Shown here one piece after another: positions 1-17,326 of a DNA stretch of 64,000 bases. The notes below the pieces were generated by a model. That model was not told the DNA's origin and ran no database searches. It worked only from the letters and a program-made list of their open reading frames with translations. The stretch's first letter is position 1. Every line of letters begins with the position of its first letter. A program made the translations under genes and the position numbers. The stretch is from the human T2T-CHM13v2.0 reference genome, Homo sapiens: assembly GCF_009914755.1 (NCBI RefSeq), contig NC_060926.1; one strand, given 5' to 3'.

Positions 1-81
1 GGGCAATGAAACTGTACTTTAAATGCAATACAAATGCAATTGATAAATGCAATATAAATGCAACTGATAAGTGCATTATAA

Positions 82-420
<339 letters not shown>

Positions 421-430
421 AGGCTTACAT

Positions 431-1035
<605 letters not shown>

Positions 1036-1996
1036 TAGGCTTGCATTTTTAATGGATTAGTTGGGCAGTGCTCTTTGGATCCGATGTGCTGATGTCTAGG
1101 ACTGACTGTTTTTGGTATGGGAGCTTCTGTCTGCAGTGTCTAGAATGGGGGTTGGAGGGACTATGGGGAACAGAGGTGGCCCCAGAGCTTGGACATCTGG
1201 GTTCTCATGCTGGCCTTGCTGCTCATAAGCAGGTAACACAGGGTTGAGTTCCTCCTTTGCCTGGCCAGCCAACCTGGAAGACCTAGCCTTCTGGCTGTCA
1301 GTGTCCAGAGCTCTGGAGAATCCCTGAGGCTACATCTCTGGGTGGGGGAAGGTCCTCTCTGTATAGATGGCCCTCCAGGGGAAGTCTGCAAGGATCCAGA
1401 CTTCAGAATAATAGAGTTAAGTATTAACTAATCCAAGTGGTCCTAGCACATTTAGCACATATGGCATGCTCAAGGGTGTGCAATTGTGCAGTCATCAAAG
1501 CCAGTGAGGGCACCCGATGCCACCCATTTCCTGCACCAGGAAAATGGACCTTTCACGTCTCTGAACCTGGGATGCCAGAATGCACTGAACTTGATCCTGG
1601 CAAATAAATTGGAAGCTGTTTCCAAAAAAGTGATATGTTCTTGCTACATTGTCTCCAGAGTTTACTCCTGAGTTGGGGAGCAGCATCTCATTTTGCAAGG
1701 GGCTGTTGGATTCTCCATAGAAACGCTGGGTTGGGGGAGTGTCTTCTGAGTACTGGGGCTCTACCTAATGTCTGATTCCATCTGTGGTACCAAAAAGCCC
1801 TCTGAATGGCAGCCTGTCTGTGCACAATGATGCCGAAGACTTTCTTTTCCAGCATCTAATGAGGCATGGCCCCAGGAAAGCAGAGAAGGCGGATGCTTGA
1901 GTCTCTGAGGGTCAGAATACGCTTATGGTGAAATCAGAACTGGGGACAAGGCAAAGTACTGCCATTGGGAATCCGGGGTGGATGGTCATGTTAGAC

Positions 1997-2201
1997 CAGG
2001 GGTGTCCAATCTTTTGGCTTCCCTGGGCCACTTGGAAGAAGAATTGTCGTGGGTCACACATAAAATACACTAACACTAACCATAGCTGATGAGCTAAAAA
2101 AAAAAAAATTGCAAAAAAATCTCATAATGTTTTAAGAAAGTTTACGAAATTGTGTTGGGCCACATTCAAAGCTCTCCTGGGCTGCAGGTTGGACAAGCTT
2201 G
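1997..2201 (+). mobile_element. MER30 hAT-Charlie MITE
   Basis: Begins caggggtgtccaatcttttggcttccctgggccac and ends ttggacaagcttg; flanks tgttagac/gcgtagac resemble a decayed 8-bp TSD. Confidence 0.8.
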
Positions 2202-4808
2202 GCGTAGACTCTTGGAGGGCTTTCATGGTGGAGGCAGGAAAGGAAAAGCCCCTTTTACAGATGGGATAGTAGGTCCAGAGAAATGTGTTGGTTTTCAGTT
2301 CCAGAGTAATTTCACCTGCTCCCACCCTCCACACTCACAAAGAGCAGGCTGGGTGGGATGTCGATTTTTTTTTCTTCTGGAGAATGGACCATCTCCCTAT
2401 GCCTCTCCTCCTCCTTGGCTACTAACCCCTGACTTTTCCCTCCCCCTTCTCTGGCCACTCCTGTTCCTGAACAAAGCCAGGGAAGATCTGGGCTGGCTCA
2501 GCCCCTGGGTGTCAGTCAAGACTCAGAGGGAGACTTTGCTCAAAAAGCCAGCCCTCCCGGAAAGAAATACAGAGCAACTGTAGTCAGGAATTTTTCCCTT
2601 TCCTTTTTTCTGTGGGCGGGGGGAGGGACACTTGGCAGTCTTTGGGGCCCTTCTGGCTGCCAGCCCCACATCTCTTCCTGGCTGTTGGGAGGCAGGGCAG
2701 GAGGGAAGATTGGGGAGAAGGGGGCAGGGGCTGGCAAACACCCAGCTGCTGGGCAGTGGAATTCGTCCATAGGCCCTGGTGGAGTTGGCCTCTAGTGAAG
2801 CCTGGGGAGGTTTCTAATTAGTGGAGGACGGTGAAGGTGTGGCAGCCTGTGTTCATTCAAGGAACTGAGCTCTCTGAGCCAGGAAGTCAAAGGGAAGAGG
2901 GGGACTGAGTCCCGGAAGGCCTTGGTAGGTGGGGAGGAAGTTGTACCTACTCAGTGTGTTCCATCCTATTAGAAGTTGAGAAGAGGGGGGTGTTTCAGCT
3001 GGAGTGATTCAGGTTGGACTCTGGGGGTGCAGAGAGTCAGTCATTGGCACTAAGCAAAGGGAGCCACCTCAAAGAATAAGTGATATAACAGTGATAAACA
3101 AAATGGCTTTGTTCTAGACATTGCCTGCTTCTACCAGAAAGCTCATTTTGTTTTTTTTGTTTGTTTTATATTCTTCCCCTCTCCCACTTCCTGCCCCAGC
3201 TCTGTTTTAGCCTCGAGATTCTCTCCACTTAACAAATGAAGAAATCAAGGCTACATTCAGGTTCAACTGCCAAGGCAAGCACAGACCAGATTGTAGTCTG
3301 GGTCTCTAGATTCTTCCAGCTCTCCATTTCACCAGACTCACACATGCAGAAAAGCAGTGAATTATATACTGCTTCTTGGAAGAGCTCCTTTTCCCTGGGA
3401 AGTAGTAATTAAGGCATATCTTCTCAAAAATGTTCCTTTATGCAACTCTCTAGGAAGTTTCTTTTAGGTCTATTGTCTTTACTTCTGGATGGAGGTGCCA
3501 AGTTGCCTCTGGGTGGTGAACTTGTTTTCTAAAATGCCCGAGGCCAAGAACAAAATGAAAATGGCAATTCCCTTGTGCCCTGTGCCCTGCCCCGTGACTT
3601 CCTGATAATGCTGAGCAGTTGCTATAGCAACAGTGGTGGGAGGTGTGTCAGGCAGGATAAAGGGGGTGGGGGTAGGACAGGTTTACTGGATCAAAGAGGC
3701 TTTTGCGGTTGAGTAGGGCTGCTGACATGACTGATAGCCTACTTCTAGGGAAAGATGGGGGTCCCATAGAGATGGGGAGGGGAAGAAATGAAGCCCTGGG
3801 GCTAAAAGGTCTTGCTTGAGAGTCTTTCCTTAGGTGATGCCAAGTGACCAGGTGCCATCTGGTTGGTTAACAACCTGGGCTTGGTTTTGGCCACTGGCTA
3901 CATGACTTTGTGCAGTTGGCCTCCAGCTCTATAGTTCATTTATCAAGTGTGAGGGGGATAAGAAATTACCAACCTCATGTGCCTGCTTGATAACAAAGGT
4001 AAACATGCAAGCCACGTAGCACAGAAACTCAGATAATCAAATGAGGTAGTGCAGGTTCTGATTCTTGCAATACAGGAGAACAGGAGAATGGCAGACACCG
4101 CTTTTGGACGTTTTCTGATTGGTCATTTCAAGAATCCTGTTAGCAGGTGTGACTTATTCCCTTGAGTGTGGCTTACCTGGACAGCTGCCACTTTGCTTTG
4201 GAAAGCCTCCAGTGAGTCCAGAGAGGAGTCAATGGTTGAGAGTTTTCCAGGGGGCAGTCATGACCCTCGATGCCATTGTGCCTGTGGTTCTACCAACAGC
4301 TTAATGACCAACCATGTCCCATTTATGCCCCAGAAGTTAGGACTCCCACTTGAGGCTCTGCTGGTTGTCTCTGGTTTGGTTCACTGCCTCTTAAACCTTG
4401 AGAGCATAGCCAAGGAAGGTAATTGATGTGATATACTATCAGACAAAATTAGTGAACTTTAGTTGAAGACAGAGAAAAGCATGGTGACCTATTTAAAGAC
4501 ACTTATTTATATTCAAGACACTTCTTGTGCTGGTTTGAGAGTGGCCGGCAATCCTGGACATCTTTGCAGGTTTTAAATTTCTTTTTGCATCCTGTGGGTT
4601 CAATTTGTCAGGCCTGGAATATCTGAGAGCAGAGTTATGGGGATGGAGAAGAGGACAGTGGAAGGGGAGGGTGGTGGGAAAGGTTGGTAGGATTCAGCCT
4701 TTGTTACACTATGGGAGTGGGGCTGTGGGATTGCATCATCGAAACTGAATTGTTTGAATGTGGGTCTTAGGACAGGCATGTGTCCTTCCCATCCCATCTC
4801 ATGGTTCC

Positions 4809-4853
4809 ACTTGCTCACTGCCTTTCTTGACTTGCTCACTGCCTTTCTTGACT
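4809..4853. repeat. Perfect 21-bp tandem duplication
   Basis: acttgctcactgcctttcttg at 4809-4829 and 4830-4850, then act. Confidence 0.95.
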
Positions 4854-4964
4854 CTTAACCACTCTTGCTGATACGGGCTCTAGATGAGGCAAAGGCCAGA
4901 AGAATGAGAAAAAGAGTTAATGTAACAGGGTACTCTTGGGCAAGTGCTAGATGCTCTTTGATAG

Positions 4965-5317
4965 TGTATTAGTCTGTTTTCACGCTGCTGATAAAGACAT
5001 ACCCAAGACTGGGTAATTTACAAAAGAAAGAGGTTTAATAGACTCACAGTTCCATGTGGCTGGGGAGGCCTCACAATCATGGTGGGAGGTGAAGGCACGT
5101 CTCACATGGTGGCAGACAAGAGAGCTTGTGCAGGGAAACTCCCCTTTATAAAACCATCAGATCTCATGAGACTTGTTCACTATCACGAGAACAGCATGGG
5201 AAAGACCTACCCCGATGATTCAATTACCTCCCACTGGGTCCCTCCTACAACATGTAGGAATTGTGGGAGCTACAATTCATGGTGAGATTTGGGTGGGGAC
5301 ACAGCCAAACCATATCA
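4965..5317 (-). mobile_element. THE1 (THE1B-like) MaLR solo LTR
   Basis: tgtattagtctgttttcacgctgctgataaagacataccc...acagccaaaccatatca with TG...CA ends; 5-bp TSD gatag/gatgg. Confidence 0.88.
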
Positions 5318-5938
5318 GATGGTCACCTTTTCTAATGTGTAAACATTAATTGAGCACATGCTGTGTGTCAGCTAGGAGACCATATGAAAAAGCAGTTGTC
5401 ATACCACCTGTAACACATGCTTTTTCATGCTGGAGGGGGACAAGAAAAGCATTTTAGAAAGGTGAATAAAGAAGAAACCAAGGCAGCAGAGATGTATATA
5501 CATCCTATGCAAATAAACAGGTAGCTCTTGGTCACTAAAAGAGCTTAACCAAGTCTCTTGGGAAGAGCTTGATGTTAAATAATGAAGTCCCTTCATGGTA
5601 AATAAAGTTATGAAAGTAAGAGAATCAAGTTGGACAGGCTTCTACTTCTTCAGTCTTGGAAGAAAAAAAAAAGCAGTGTCTTCCTTCCTAAAATGTTAAT
5701 TGAGGACACAGAATGTCTTCTCACCTGTCCTTCATTCACTAAGTATGGAAAGCTGTACGGAAGCTAAGACCAAGTTTATGTCTTCAGGAAGCTTCTGTCC
5801 TTAGGAGGACTAAGAAAATGCACAGACCTACAGCTTTTTGGCAATGGACTCAGGCTAGAGTGCTGTGAAGAAAGTTGGGTCAAATTACCAGAAGACTTTA
5901 CCCAGCAGTGCTTTTCTTTTTTAAAATTTTGTAAAATT

Positions 5939-6250
5939 TTTATTTATTTATTTATTTTATTTATTTTGAGACAGAGTCCCCCTGTTATGCCCAGGCTGGA
6001 GTGCAGTGGCGTGATCTCGGCTTACCGCAAGCTCCGCCTTCCGGGTTTGCACCATTCTCCTGCCTCAGCCTCCTGAGTAGCTGGGACTACAGGCGCCCAC
6101 CACCACGCCTGGCTAATTTTTTGTATTTTTTAGTAGAGACGGGGTTTCACCGTGTTAGCCAGGATGGTCTCGATTTGCTGACCTCGTGATCTGCCCGCCT
6201 TGGCCTCCCAAAGTGCTGGGATTACAGGGGTGAGCCACTGCGCCCGGCCC
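5939..6250 (-). mobile_element. AluY with (TTTA)n tail, inserted in the tail of an older truncated Alu
   Basis: Full AluY dimer; a right-arm Alu fragment follows at ~6251-6365; gcagtgcttttc at 5905-5916 and 6370-6381 brackets both. Confidence 0.85.
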
Positions 6251-7023
6251 TTATTTATTTGTTTTTTTGAGACAAGCTCTGGCTCTGTCACCTAGGCTGG
6301 AATGCAATTGCACGATCTCAGCTCACTGCAACCTCCACCTCCCGGGCTCAAGCCATCCTCCCAGCTATGGCAGTGCTTTTCATCAATGCAATCAAGTGAC
6401 CTTTGGACACTTGGAGGCCATATTGTTCATCCTTCTTCCTTCTCAAAAGGTTTCTCCTAAGTTATACCAGAGGGAGTCTGTGCAATTTCTTCCCATCTGC
6501 AATTTATCAGATTTGTTTTGTTCTTTCTTATGAAATTCTTGGATGGCTTCTAACTTGGATCTCTCCTGTTTTAGTTTAAGGCTGTTTTCTCTCTGGTCCT
6601 TGGGGAGACAGAACGGCTCCTTCCCTTCCCTTGGGTTTTCCTGGCCCTTGGACACCTCCACCACTCAGCACCCTCTGGCAGCACCAGGATGGATTTGTCC
6701 CTTGGCTTTCAGTTCTCAGGCCTGAGTCATCTTGATTACTTCATCTTCCCCTTCTTAATTCTGTGACCCTCTTCTACTACCTTTGGGTCTTCTTTCTGAC
6801 TCATTTCCGAGTTCTTCATGGCATAGAGAACAGGCCAGGAGCCCAGGGCTAGGTTCTGACTGGTGGACAAGTGACCCTGGTAACATCATTGCCCTGGCCA
6901 GTGAGAGTGGTGGTGAAGTCCGCCATGTCACTATCGTTTGGTCCTCTTCCAGTAGGGCTTCAGGGACACTTGAGGTTACTGATAGCTCTGCTTGATGAGG
7001 AAGATGAGGGGTGGTTGGTGTGA

Positions 7024-7880
<857 letters not shown>

Positions 7881-10193
7881 TCCCATTCCCATAGTCCCTG
7901 GTTCAAGTTTGAATCAAAGCACAGTCTACTCACTTGGGCCTCAGCAACTAGGTCACCTTGCCAGGTTCCTGGATGGCTTTAGTTGAACCCAAGGAGAAAT
8001 GTTTGGGACCCGTGGAAAGGAGTGAAAGCTGATAGTGCTGTTTGCCATCTTGATATCAGTTTCTCTGGCTCTTCAAGGACAGCTTGGCTCACGGGGCCCC
8101 AGAGGACCTTGGCTGAATTTGAGCATGTTTTTGTTTTCTCAAACTGTCTGCCTCAGCCCTGACCCTCCCCAGGTCTTTGCAATTCCAGGAATGACCCTGA
8201 TGTTTATAAAGGAGCCCTTTGGAGAGTGCACAGGCAGGGAGGCTCTGGAGAGGCTGTGCTGTTTCTGTTCACTCGGGGGGAGCCCGAGATGAGATGGCAG
8301 CATGAGGGCATACTCTAGAAACCTCCATGACGCCAGGCCAGGAGAGGCCCCTCTGCATGTATCCAAGCAAGCATATGTGTCTGTTTACAAACCCATGAGT
8401 GGATGAGCTTACAAGGCTGTGTCTCTGCAAAGCTTATACCCGAGACCACCTCTCTTGAAAAGAAGAGGCATTGTTCTCGCCTCACCAGGAAGTTCTTCAG
8501 GAAACAGACAGAACAGAGAGAATCACAAAGGCATGGGGGCCTGGCAATGCCAGAGCTTGAGAGGAGAGGTATCATTCAACATACAGATTCCTTAGTCCTT
8601 GCCTCTGACTTTCTGGGGCTGGGGTCCAGGGCTCTTATTTTTAGCAAGCTCATCAGATGATTTCTGATGAAGAGCTATGTTTGGGAACTTCTGACTGGGT
8701 CTAATTCCCTGAATTTACAGATGAGTACACTGACACCTGCGCAAGTTGAACACCCTGCTTAGCGTCACTCAGAATCCCAGGGGTGGTGGTGAAGTCAGGA
8801 TCGAACCTCAGTCCTTCCTCCCACACTGGGACTGCTTGGCCAAGGCTTCGAACCCAAAAGCTGGTGCTCCAAAGGAAATCCAAAAAGAGTTTGCAGAGTG
8901 GTTTGACGTGGAGGGGATTCATCGGCCAGGTGGGGGCTCTCTGCCCTCCCTTGGTGGTGCATCATCTCCTGTAGGTGTTTTGTCACCGTGGAAGGGCAGT
9001 AGCCTGTGCCTGTTGGGCTTGCCACTCAACAGAGGTCACTGAGCTCTTCCGCACTCAGCTGGGTGATTGGCCTGTGGTAGCTGCAGGTGGAGGGAGATGA
9101 TTCTCAGAAGAGAAAGGCCAGTTCTTGCAGTCGTGTGATCTTATAACCTAGGGGACTTGTGGATCTGAAACATCTGAGAAGGCTGTTTGCAGTTATTTAC
9201 TACCACAAAGGAAACTGGGAGAGGAGGGACCACCTGTTGGAAAACCATGCTCAGAAGTGACTGGTCTGTTGCTGAAGGATGGAAGGATATCAGGTGTTGC
9301 ATGGCTGGCTCCCTTGCAGGAAGGAAGGGCTCAGGGGGTGAGAAGGAATAGGAAGGGAGTTTACAATGAATGAAGCTGGGTGTCCTCAGGAGATAGATGG
9401 ACCAGTTGGGGTGATGTCATTAACTAAGCTGGAATGTGTCCTGAGTGCCAGCCTATACCGCGACAGACATCTGTGCACACTATTCAGAATTCCAGTGTGA
9501 GAGGCCACTGCCCCCTCTGACCTTTTGAAAAAAAAAGTCAGGGGAAGACACATAAACAGTGTCACTCACCCACAAAGTCTCAGGACCTCAGGTTAAACTT
9601 TAGCTAAAGAAGTAACAAATAGAACCCCCATTTTACCTTCCTCTTTCCTAACTTCTGCCTCCCTCCCTCCCACCAGCATGGCCTGAATTACTAATCCCAG
9701 CCTGTTGGTGGGCCGTGCTATTGAACATAGTGGCCACATGCTAGATGGAGTTTGGTGACCACCATCAGCCATCCAAAGAGGACTGGCTTCAAATTCTCTC
9801 CAACAAAAGCTGTTTCTTGTATGTGCTGGCGTGTTTATGAGCCCTGTCTCAACTGAGCATGCGTGGTGATTATGAGCTACTGCCTGACCTCCTTCCCTTT
9901 GTCCCTCCCGCTAAATTCTGTAAACAAAGTTAAAGTAATTTAGGCAAATTCATTCTTGCTTAAGGACTTCTATTAAATGGCAGAGAGCTTTGATATTTAG
10001 CAATGTATAAAATTTGTACAATCAAAACCAAGCTTTAGAAGAAATATGCAATAGATCATATTGCAGAACTCTCATGACTCATTTTTTCCATGCATTTGGC
10101 CATTCTACAAATCAGACATTACCTAGCCTTCCCCTCACATGGCAGATATAACTTTTATTTACCCATTCAAGAAATTGATTGTTCACACATTCC

Positions 10194-10554
<361 letters not shown>

Positions 10555-10557
10555 TAA

Positions 10558-10907
<350 letters not shown>

Positions 10908-12729
10908 TTAGCAGAATTGTTAATATCATTTTTCAGACTTGAGAAATTAGAGCTCAGAGAGGTTAAAGGTTCTGACTCGTGAGTGAATCTCAAAGGGCAA
11001 AGCTGGCATTCAGGGTTCTTGACTGCTGGGTTCATTGCTCATTCCAGTTTGTTAATGAATCGTCCACTGCTATGGATATTAATGGAGTCGTCTAGAGAGC
11101 AGGGGGAGGAGGATGGTGGTTAGTATTTATTCTGTTGCCCAACATATGTCAAGGCTAAGTGCCTTTTGGGAGAAATTAACAAAGACGGAGCCATGTGAGT
11201 TTTCTGCCCAGCTAGGGTGGAACCAGGAAGCTGCGGCCAGCCTTCATTCCCCTGGCCCATTACTCAGAATTAACTCTTGAAAGGCTTGGAATGCTATTAC
11301 CTGTTGCAAGAGGTGAGTTCATTGGAGGAATGATAAGTTCAGGGTTGGCTTAGATCATCTCTGTGGTACTCCTCTTTCCCAACCCTGCTCTTAGATTTTA
11401 AGATAATCATGAGATAGGAGGAGAAGGCTGGAAAATGGTAAGTCTTTCTTCAGAATAAAGAAAAGAAGAAAGAAGAGAGACACATGAGCTGTTAGGAAGA
11501 TGTGATTGTTCTAGGTAGGGAAAAGGTCTTATTTCCTCACCAGGTCTGGATAAGGACCGGGGCCACACACTCTGAGGAGGAAGGACCAGGGAGGTGCTTT
11601 TAGATTCTTGGGGCTTAGTTTCCTAAGAAAGCTTTTTAAGGTCTCTCTTAGATCAGGAATCACCAATTTCCAAATAGAGCACTGAGGTCAGAACATTGTG
11701 CTAGGAGAAAATGAGATTTTGTGGGAGTCCGTTTCTATCAAACACAAGAGTTTGATTTGTTGAGTAAGATCATTGATGCAACAAACAGGATTACATTGGA
11801 AAAATGAGCTGTGCCAAAATTAGGTCTGAAAACCTGGGTATGAATGCATAGAAGTGAACAATAAAGGCTCTTTCTCTTGGGCTGTCAGCTTCCAGCTGCT
11901 CTCCTTGGCTAAATTAGTAAGGGTGGGCCAAAAGACAATGTAGGGACCCCATGATAATTGTGAAGAATGGCAGAGAGGTTGTTTGCTCCTGTGAATTCAA
12001 ATGGTAGTCCATCTGGGCTCAGGTTTGCCATCTGTAAAATGGGACAACGATCCATTTCTTTTCATCCCATCTGCCTTCCTCATCTCCAGCTCTCCTCTAG
12101 GGGTCTTAGGTAGAAAGGTGTGGCAGTCTACCCAAGGCAGGGGTGGGAGTTCTCCCCTGCCCTTCAAGCCCCCGACTAATGGCTCTGGGGTTGTCTGTCA
12201 TCTCCCTGACTTCTCTTTGGAAAAGCTTGACCTTCTATATGTGAAATCCCTTGCTTCTGTGTTGACCCATTTCCCTAGGTGCTATGTAGGGAAGAAGAGC
12301 TAATGCTTACTAATCTACAGGGAAAGTCTCTTCAGGGGCCTTGGAGGTTTCTATCAACCATTTCTAAGCCCATGAGCCTTTTCCATTGATGTCATTTGGG
12401 GTTGCTAAGAACCATTTCTTATAGTGACCTTTGCACCATAGCCCATGGAGTTGCATACATAAGTGGTTGCTTAATAAATATTATTCTGAACTTAACTCTC
12501 TTAGGCAGAAAAAAAATACAACTTGGTATTTTTGTTCTGAGGGCAAATTCCATCTCTAGCTGGAGTTCGACATCTGGAATGTTTTCCTGTGGATTGTTCT
12601 TGCAGCCTATAAGAGGATATATGGGAAGAACTTGGTAACATGTGATAATGCCCTTGTCTGACTGAGGGGAGGAGGGGCGCTATGTGGGTACTTCCTGGTA
12701 GGCAGGAAATGGAAGTGGCTAAGAGCTAA

Positions 12730-12930
12730 CCCCATGTGTGCCTACTGTGTGCCAGGCCCTCTCTGTAGATGCAGGCAGCATCTCTTTGGATCCTCCCAGT
12801 TGCCCATAGGAGGTGCATACTGTTTGTCCTTTTACAGATGAACAATGGAAGCACAGAGAGCTTAAGAAAGTTGTCTGGTGCTGCACAGCTCAGTAGTAAA
12901 AGCTTGAATTCCAACTCAGGCAGTTAGATT
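12730..12930 (-). mobile_element. MIR fragment
   Basis: ttttacagatgaacaatggaagcacagagagcttaag...cacagct resembles the MIR core. Confidence 0.6.
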
Positions 12931-13474
12931 TTGGGGTTTGAATCTCTTTGGCTGGGAACAGTAACAAGGAATGCAGGCTTTTCTCAGCCTACAATGCTTT
13001 CTGATCTCTGCCTGGTCAACTCTTTCATTTCCCTTCCCTGGGCTTCTACTTCAAGATGTGGAGTTCAGATCTGGCTACGGGATTTGAGTCCAGAAGCCTC
13101 TTCCTGAGAAAGAAACAGATGCTGATGCATGGTCTTGTTAAACCATCTTTAAAAGACCTTGCATCAGCAAACCAGGCCTGTGGATTTCTTCATCTTATTG
13201 GCATGTTCGTTGGCACTGCTGAGATCAATAAAGAAATGGAATGAAACATACCCTTGAATCCAGGTGGCCTCTGTGAGGGTGGACAAACTTGACCTTCACC
13301 TCAGAGAGTTTGGGACATCTCAGGGCAGGAAATCAACTTTGTCCTCCTGGAGGAACACTGCCAAGTTGACCCCAGCCTCCTGGGACCTGGAGCCAGGGTT
13401 GCATATGACATCTGTGGGCCCTGGACACTGCCTCTGTGGGCCCTTCTATAAAAACATATATTTTTAAAATTTAA

Positions 13475-13668
<194 letters not shown>

Positions 13669-14047
13669 TGATATAGTTAGGCTTTGTGTCGCCACCCAAA
13701 TGTCATCTTGAATTGTAATCCCCATAATCCCCAGGTGTTGATGGAGAGATCAGGTGGAGGTAACTGAATCATGGGGGTGGGTCCCCCATGTTGTTCTCGT
13801 GATAGCGAGTGAGTTCTCCTGAGATCTGATGGTTTTATAAGGAGCTCTTCCCCGCTTCACCTGGCACTTCTTCCTGCCACCTTGTGAAGAAGGTGCCTTG
13901 CTTCCCGGACCTTTGGCTTCTACCACGATTGTGAGTTTCCTGAGGCCTCCCCGCCATGCTGAACTGTGAGTCAATTAAAGCTCTTTCCTTTATAAATTAC
14001 CCAGTCTCAGGCAGTTTTTTATAGCAGTGTGAAAATGGACTAATACA
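13669..14047 (+). mobile_element. THE1D/MST-like MaLR solo LTR
   Basis: tgatatagttaggctttgtgtc...cccaaatgtcatcttgaattgtaatccc...gaactgtgagtcaattaaa...ggactaataca. Confidence 0.85.
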
Positions 14048-14411
<364 letters not shown>

Positions 14412-14911
14412 TTAACCTAAAAGTTATTTTTTTTTTCTGATGTTAATAGAAATAAAAATATGTCCTAGGCACTGTGCCTCCAGAGCCCAATGGACAAGTT
14501 GGCCCTGCCTGGCGCCTTCAGGCCCGAATGCACATTTATCTGTGTGTGCCCCTCTCCTTTTTCAAATGTGTTTCCAGAGATTGCAGAGGGCCTTCTTCTG
14601 AGGATTAATGTTGGATTGACCTCTGGGACGCAGCCAAGGGATGGTTCTTTGGCCACTGTCTGTGGTACAAGAGGGCTTCGTGAAGATGGGGAGCTGCAGG
14701 CTGAAAGTCCTCTAGGAAGCCCAGGGAAGATCCTGTGCCCTGCCCCCAAGAAACTGTGGACTATTGTGGCTGCAGATGGAAGGGTAGCGGAGGGGTCTTA
14801 GCCGTGGATGCGGAATATAGTGGAGCTAGATTTGCTTTATATGGGGCCTGGAGCCATTTCAGCAATGGGCTATCAGCTTACAGGTCTTGGGCTAAAAGCC
14901 TGACTCCAGAA

Positions 14912-15050
14912 GAGTGATTCTCACCCTGGGCAGTTTTGCCTCTCCGGGGCCATTTGGCAACGAATGAAGACACATTTTTTGTTGTTCCAACCTGGGGAGG
15001 GTGCTACTGGTTTCTGGTGGGTAGAGGCCAGGAATGCTGCCCAACATCTG
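14912..15050 (+). mobile_element. MER20 fragment
   Basis: agtgattctca...catttggcaa...gacacattttt...gtgctactgg...gtgggtagaggccaggaatgctgc matches MER20 consensus text. Confidence 0.7.
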
Positions 15051-16933
15051 GAGTACACTGGATGTTCCAGGCATTGAGTTCGGGTGAGCGGCTCCTTCCC
15101 AGAAGCTCATGGATAGAGGTACACATGAGCTGCCTTTCCCGTCTCCAACCAGACAACGTGTTGTTATAGCCATAATAGAGACTGTCTGCCTTCACCCAAG
15201 CCACTTCCCAAGAGGGCAGAGCCAGGTGAGCCTCTGAGCATCACAGACTTCATGTCCACAGATTGGAGAGTTCCAGAAATGGTGGCAGGGTGCAGTACCA
15301 GCAGACTCCCAGAGCTCCTGTCTTCTCTAACACCCTGTGAGCAGAATGCGGTGTCGAGGTCTCCAGAAACCCTTCCTGCCTCTGTGGGCACAAAGCTGGG
15401 TAGGGTGCGGTAAGCAGGGTGATGCCAAGGGTGATCTCAGGTACCAAGGGTTCGGGTGAGGGCGAACTGGAGGTTCCCACTTCATTTTGTCTTTCTCATT
15501 TTGATCCTGAGTAGCTGGGAGGGAGTCAAAGGGCTCTTCTCTATGTTCCAATGCAGGTGGTGGGAGTGGGGAGACTTTCTAGCTACTTTGCTCTCCTCCT
15601 GTGTTTTTGGTGTCTGCAGAGGGCAGGGGCAGGGAGCTTGAGATGGTCCCACTCAGGTCTGGGGACAGAGAGGCCTGTCTGGGAAGGGCAGCGGGGCGGA
15701 GGCAGGGAGGCTGGGGATGAGTGCGTGCGCTGCACGGCATCTGTGTGCTGCGTTAGAGGTCAGTGTTGAGATGGAAAGTTGACTGAACCTGATCTCTTCT
15801 GTTTGTTGTCCAGGTTTGTCTGATCTCAGACTTTCCCCGGCCTTTCTCTTTCACCCTTTTGTTTCTGACCTCTGGGGTCCATCTGAAGAGGGAAGGGGGG
15901 CTCTTCTAGGAGGGTGTGGACCTGGTGGCGCTGAAGAAATCTGCCGCACGGTGGGGTGACTCAGCGTCCCTGTTCTTGGGAACCTGGCAGGCAGCTGAGC
16001 AGGGGCACTCACTCAGCCTGCCTCTCTGGGTCCCTGGGTGTCTGCTGCTCTCCATGTGGAGGAGCACAGAGGGCAGGGCAGGATGGATGAGGAAAGCTGT
16101 GGGCTGGTGCCTGGGTCTGATTAGACATGGTGGAGCAGGACTCCAACCTAGCCTGGAGGCGCACGCTAAATCGGCCTTTTCCTGCCGGTGGTGCTGGGCT
16201 GCCGGGCTGCTGGAACAATTTAATCTGTGCTGGCTTCATTTATGGTACAACCCAGGCTCCCCAGAGCCCCTGTGGGAATAACCATTCTAAATAAAATATT
16301 TTTCCAGGTTTCAGGTTTATACATTTAACATTTAAATTTTTTTTTTCCTGGAGTTCAACAATTTTGGATAAAAGTCTTTTAAAATGATGAATAGGTAGAA
16401 TTTTAATTCCCTCCCCTTTTTGATGTCCCAAGATCATCGTCATCAACGTAATTCTTGTTTTGGGCTGTAAGACATGGAAATCCCCAGGGTTCATTGAGGG
16501 GCATTCATTGTTTGCCACACACAAAATGTACCCGGAGTTTGTATGTTTTGTTTTCTTAGTGTCCTCTTTCCTCTCTGCCATTTGATCCTTCTTGCTACTG
16601 TCCACATGCATTCCTTCTTTGTCCCTTCAATTTTGTTGACTTTCTTCTGCGGTGGCCTTGGAAACCAGACATCCAGAAGCCAGGCTTCCTGGAGCAGCAC
16701 TGTTGTGAACTGTCTCGAGGCTCCTCACGAGATGATTCTCCCCTCATCTTGAGTGGAAAGTGCCAACATTTGAACATGCTCAGCCGTGGTAACAGCTATT
16801 AGGATGTTCAGAGCTTATTTTCCTTGGTTTCCCTGTTCTCGGTTGGGTTCCATGCTGCTGAAGTAGTAGATAACTGGGGCATTCGTCATTGTCATCATCA
16901 TCAGTGTAATAACCAGCAGCAACATGGATATAG

Positions 16934-17326
<393 letters not shown>

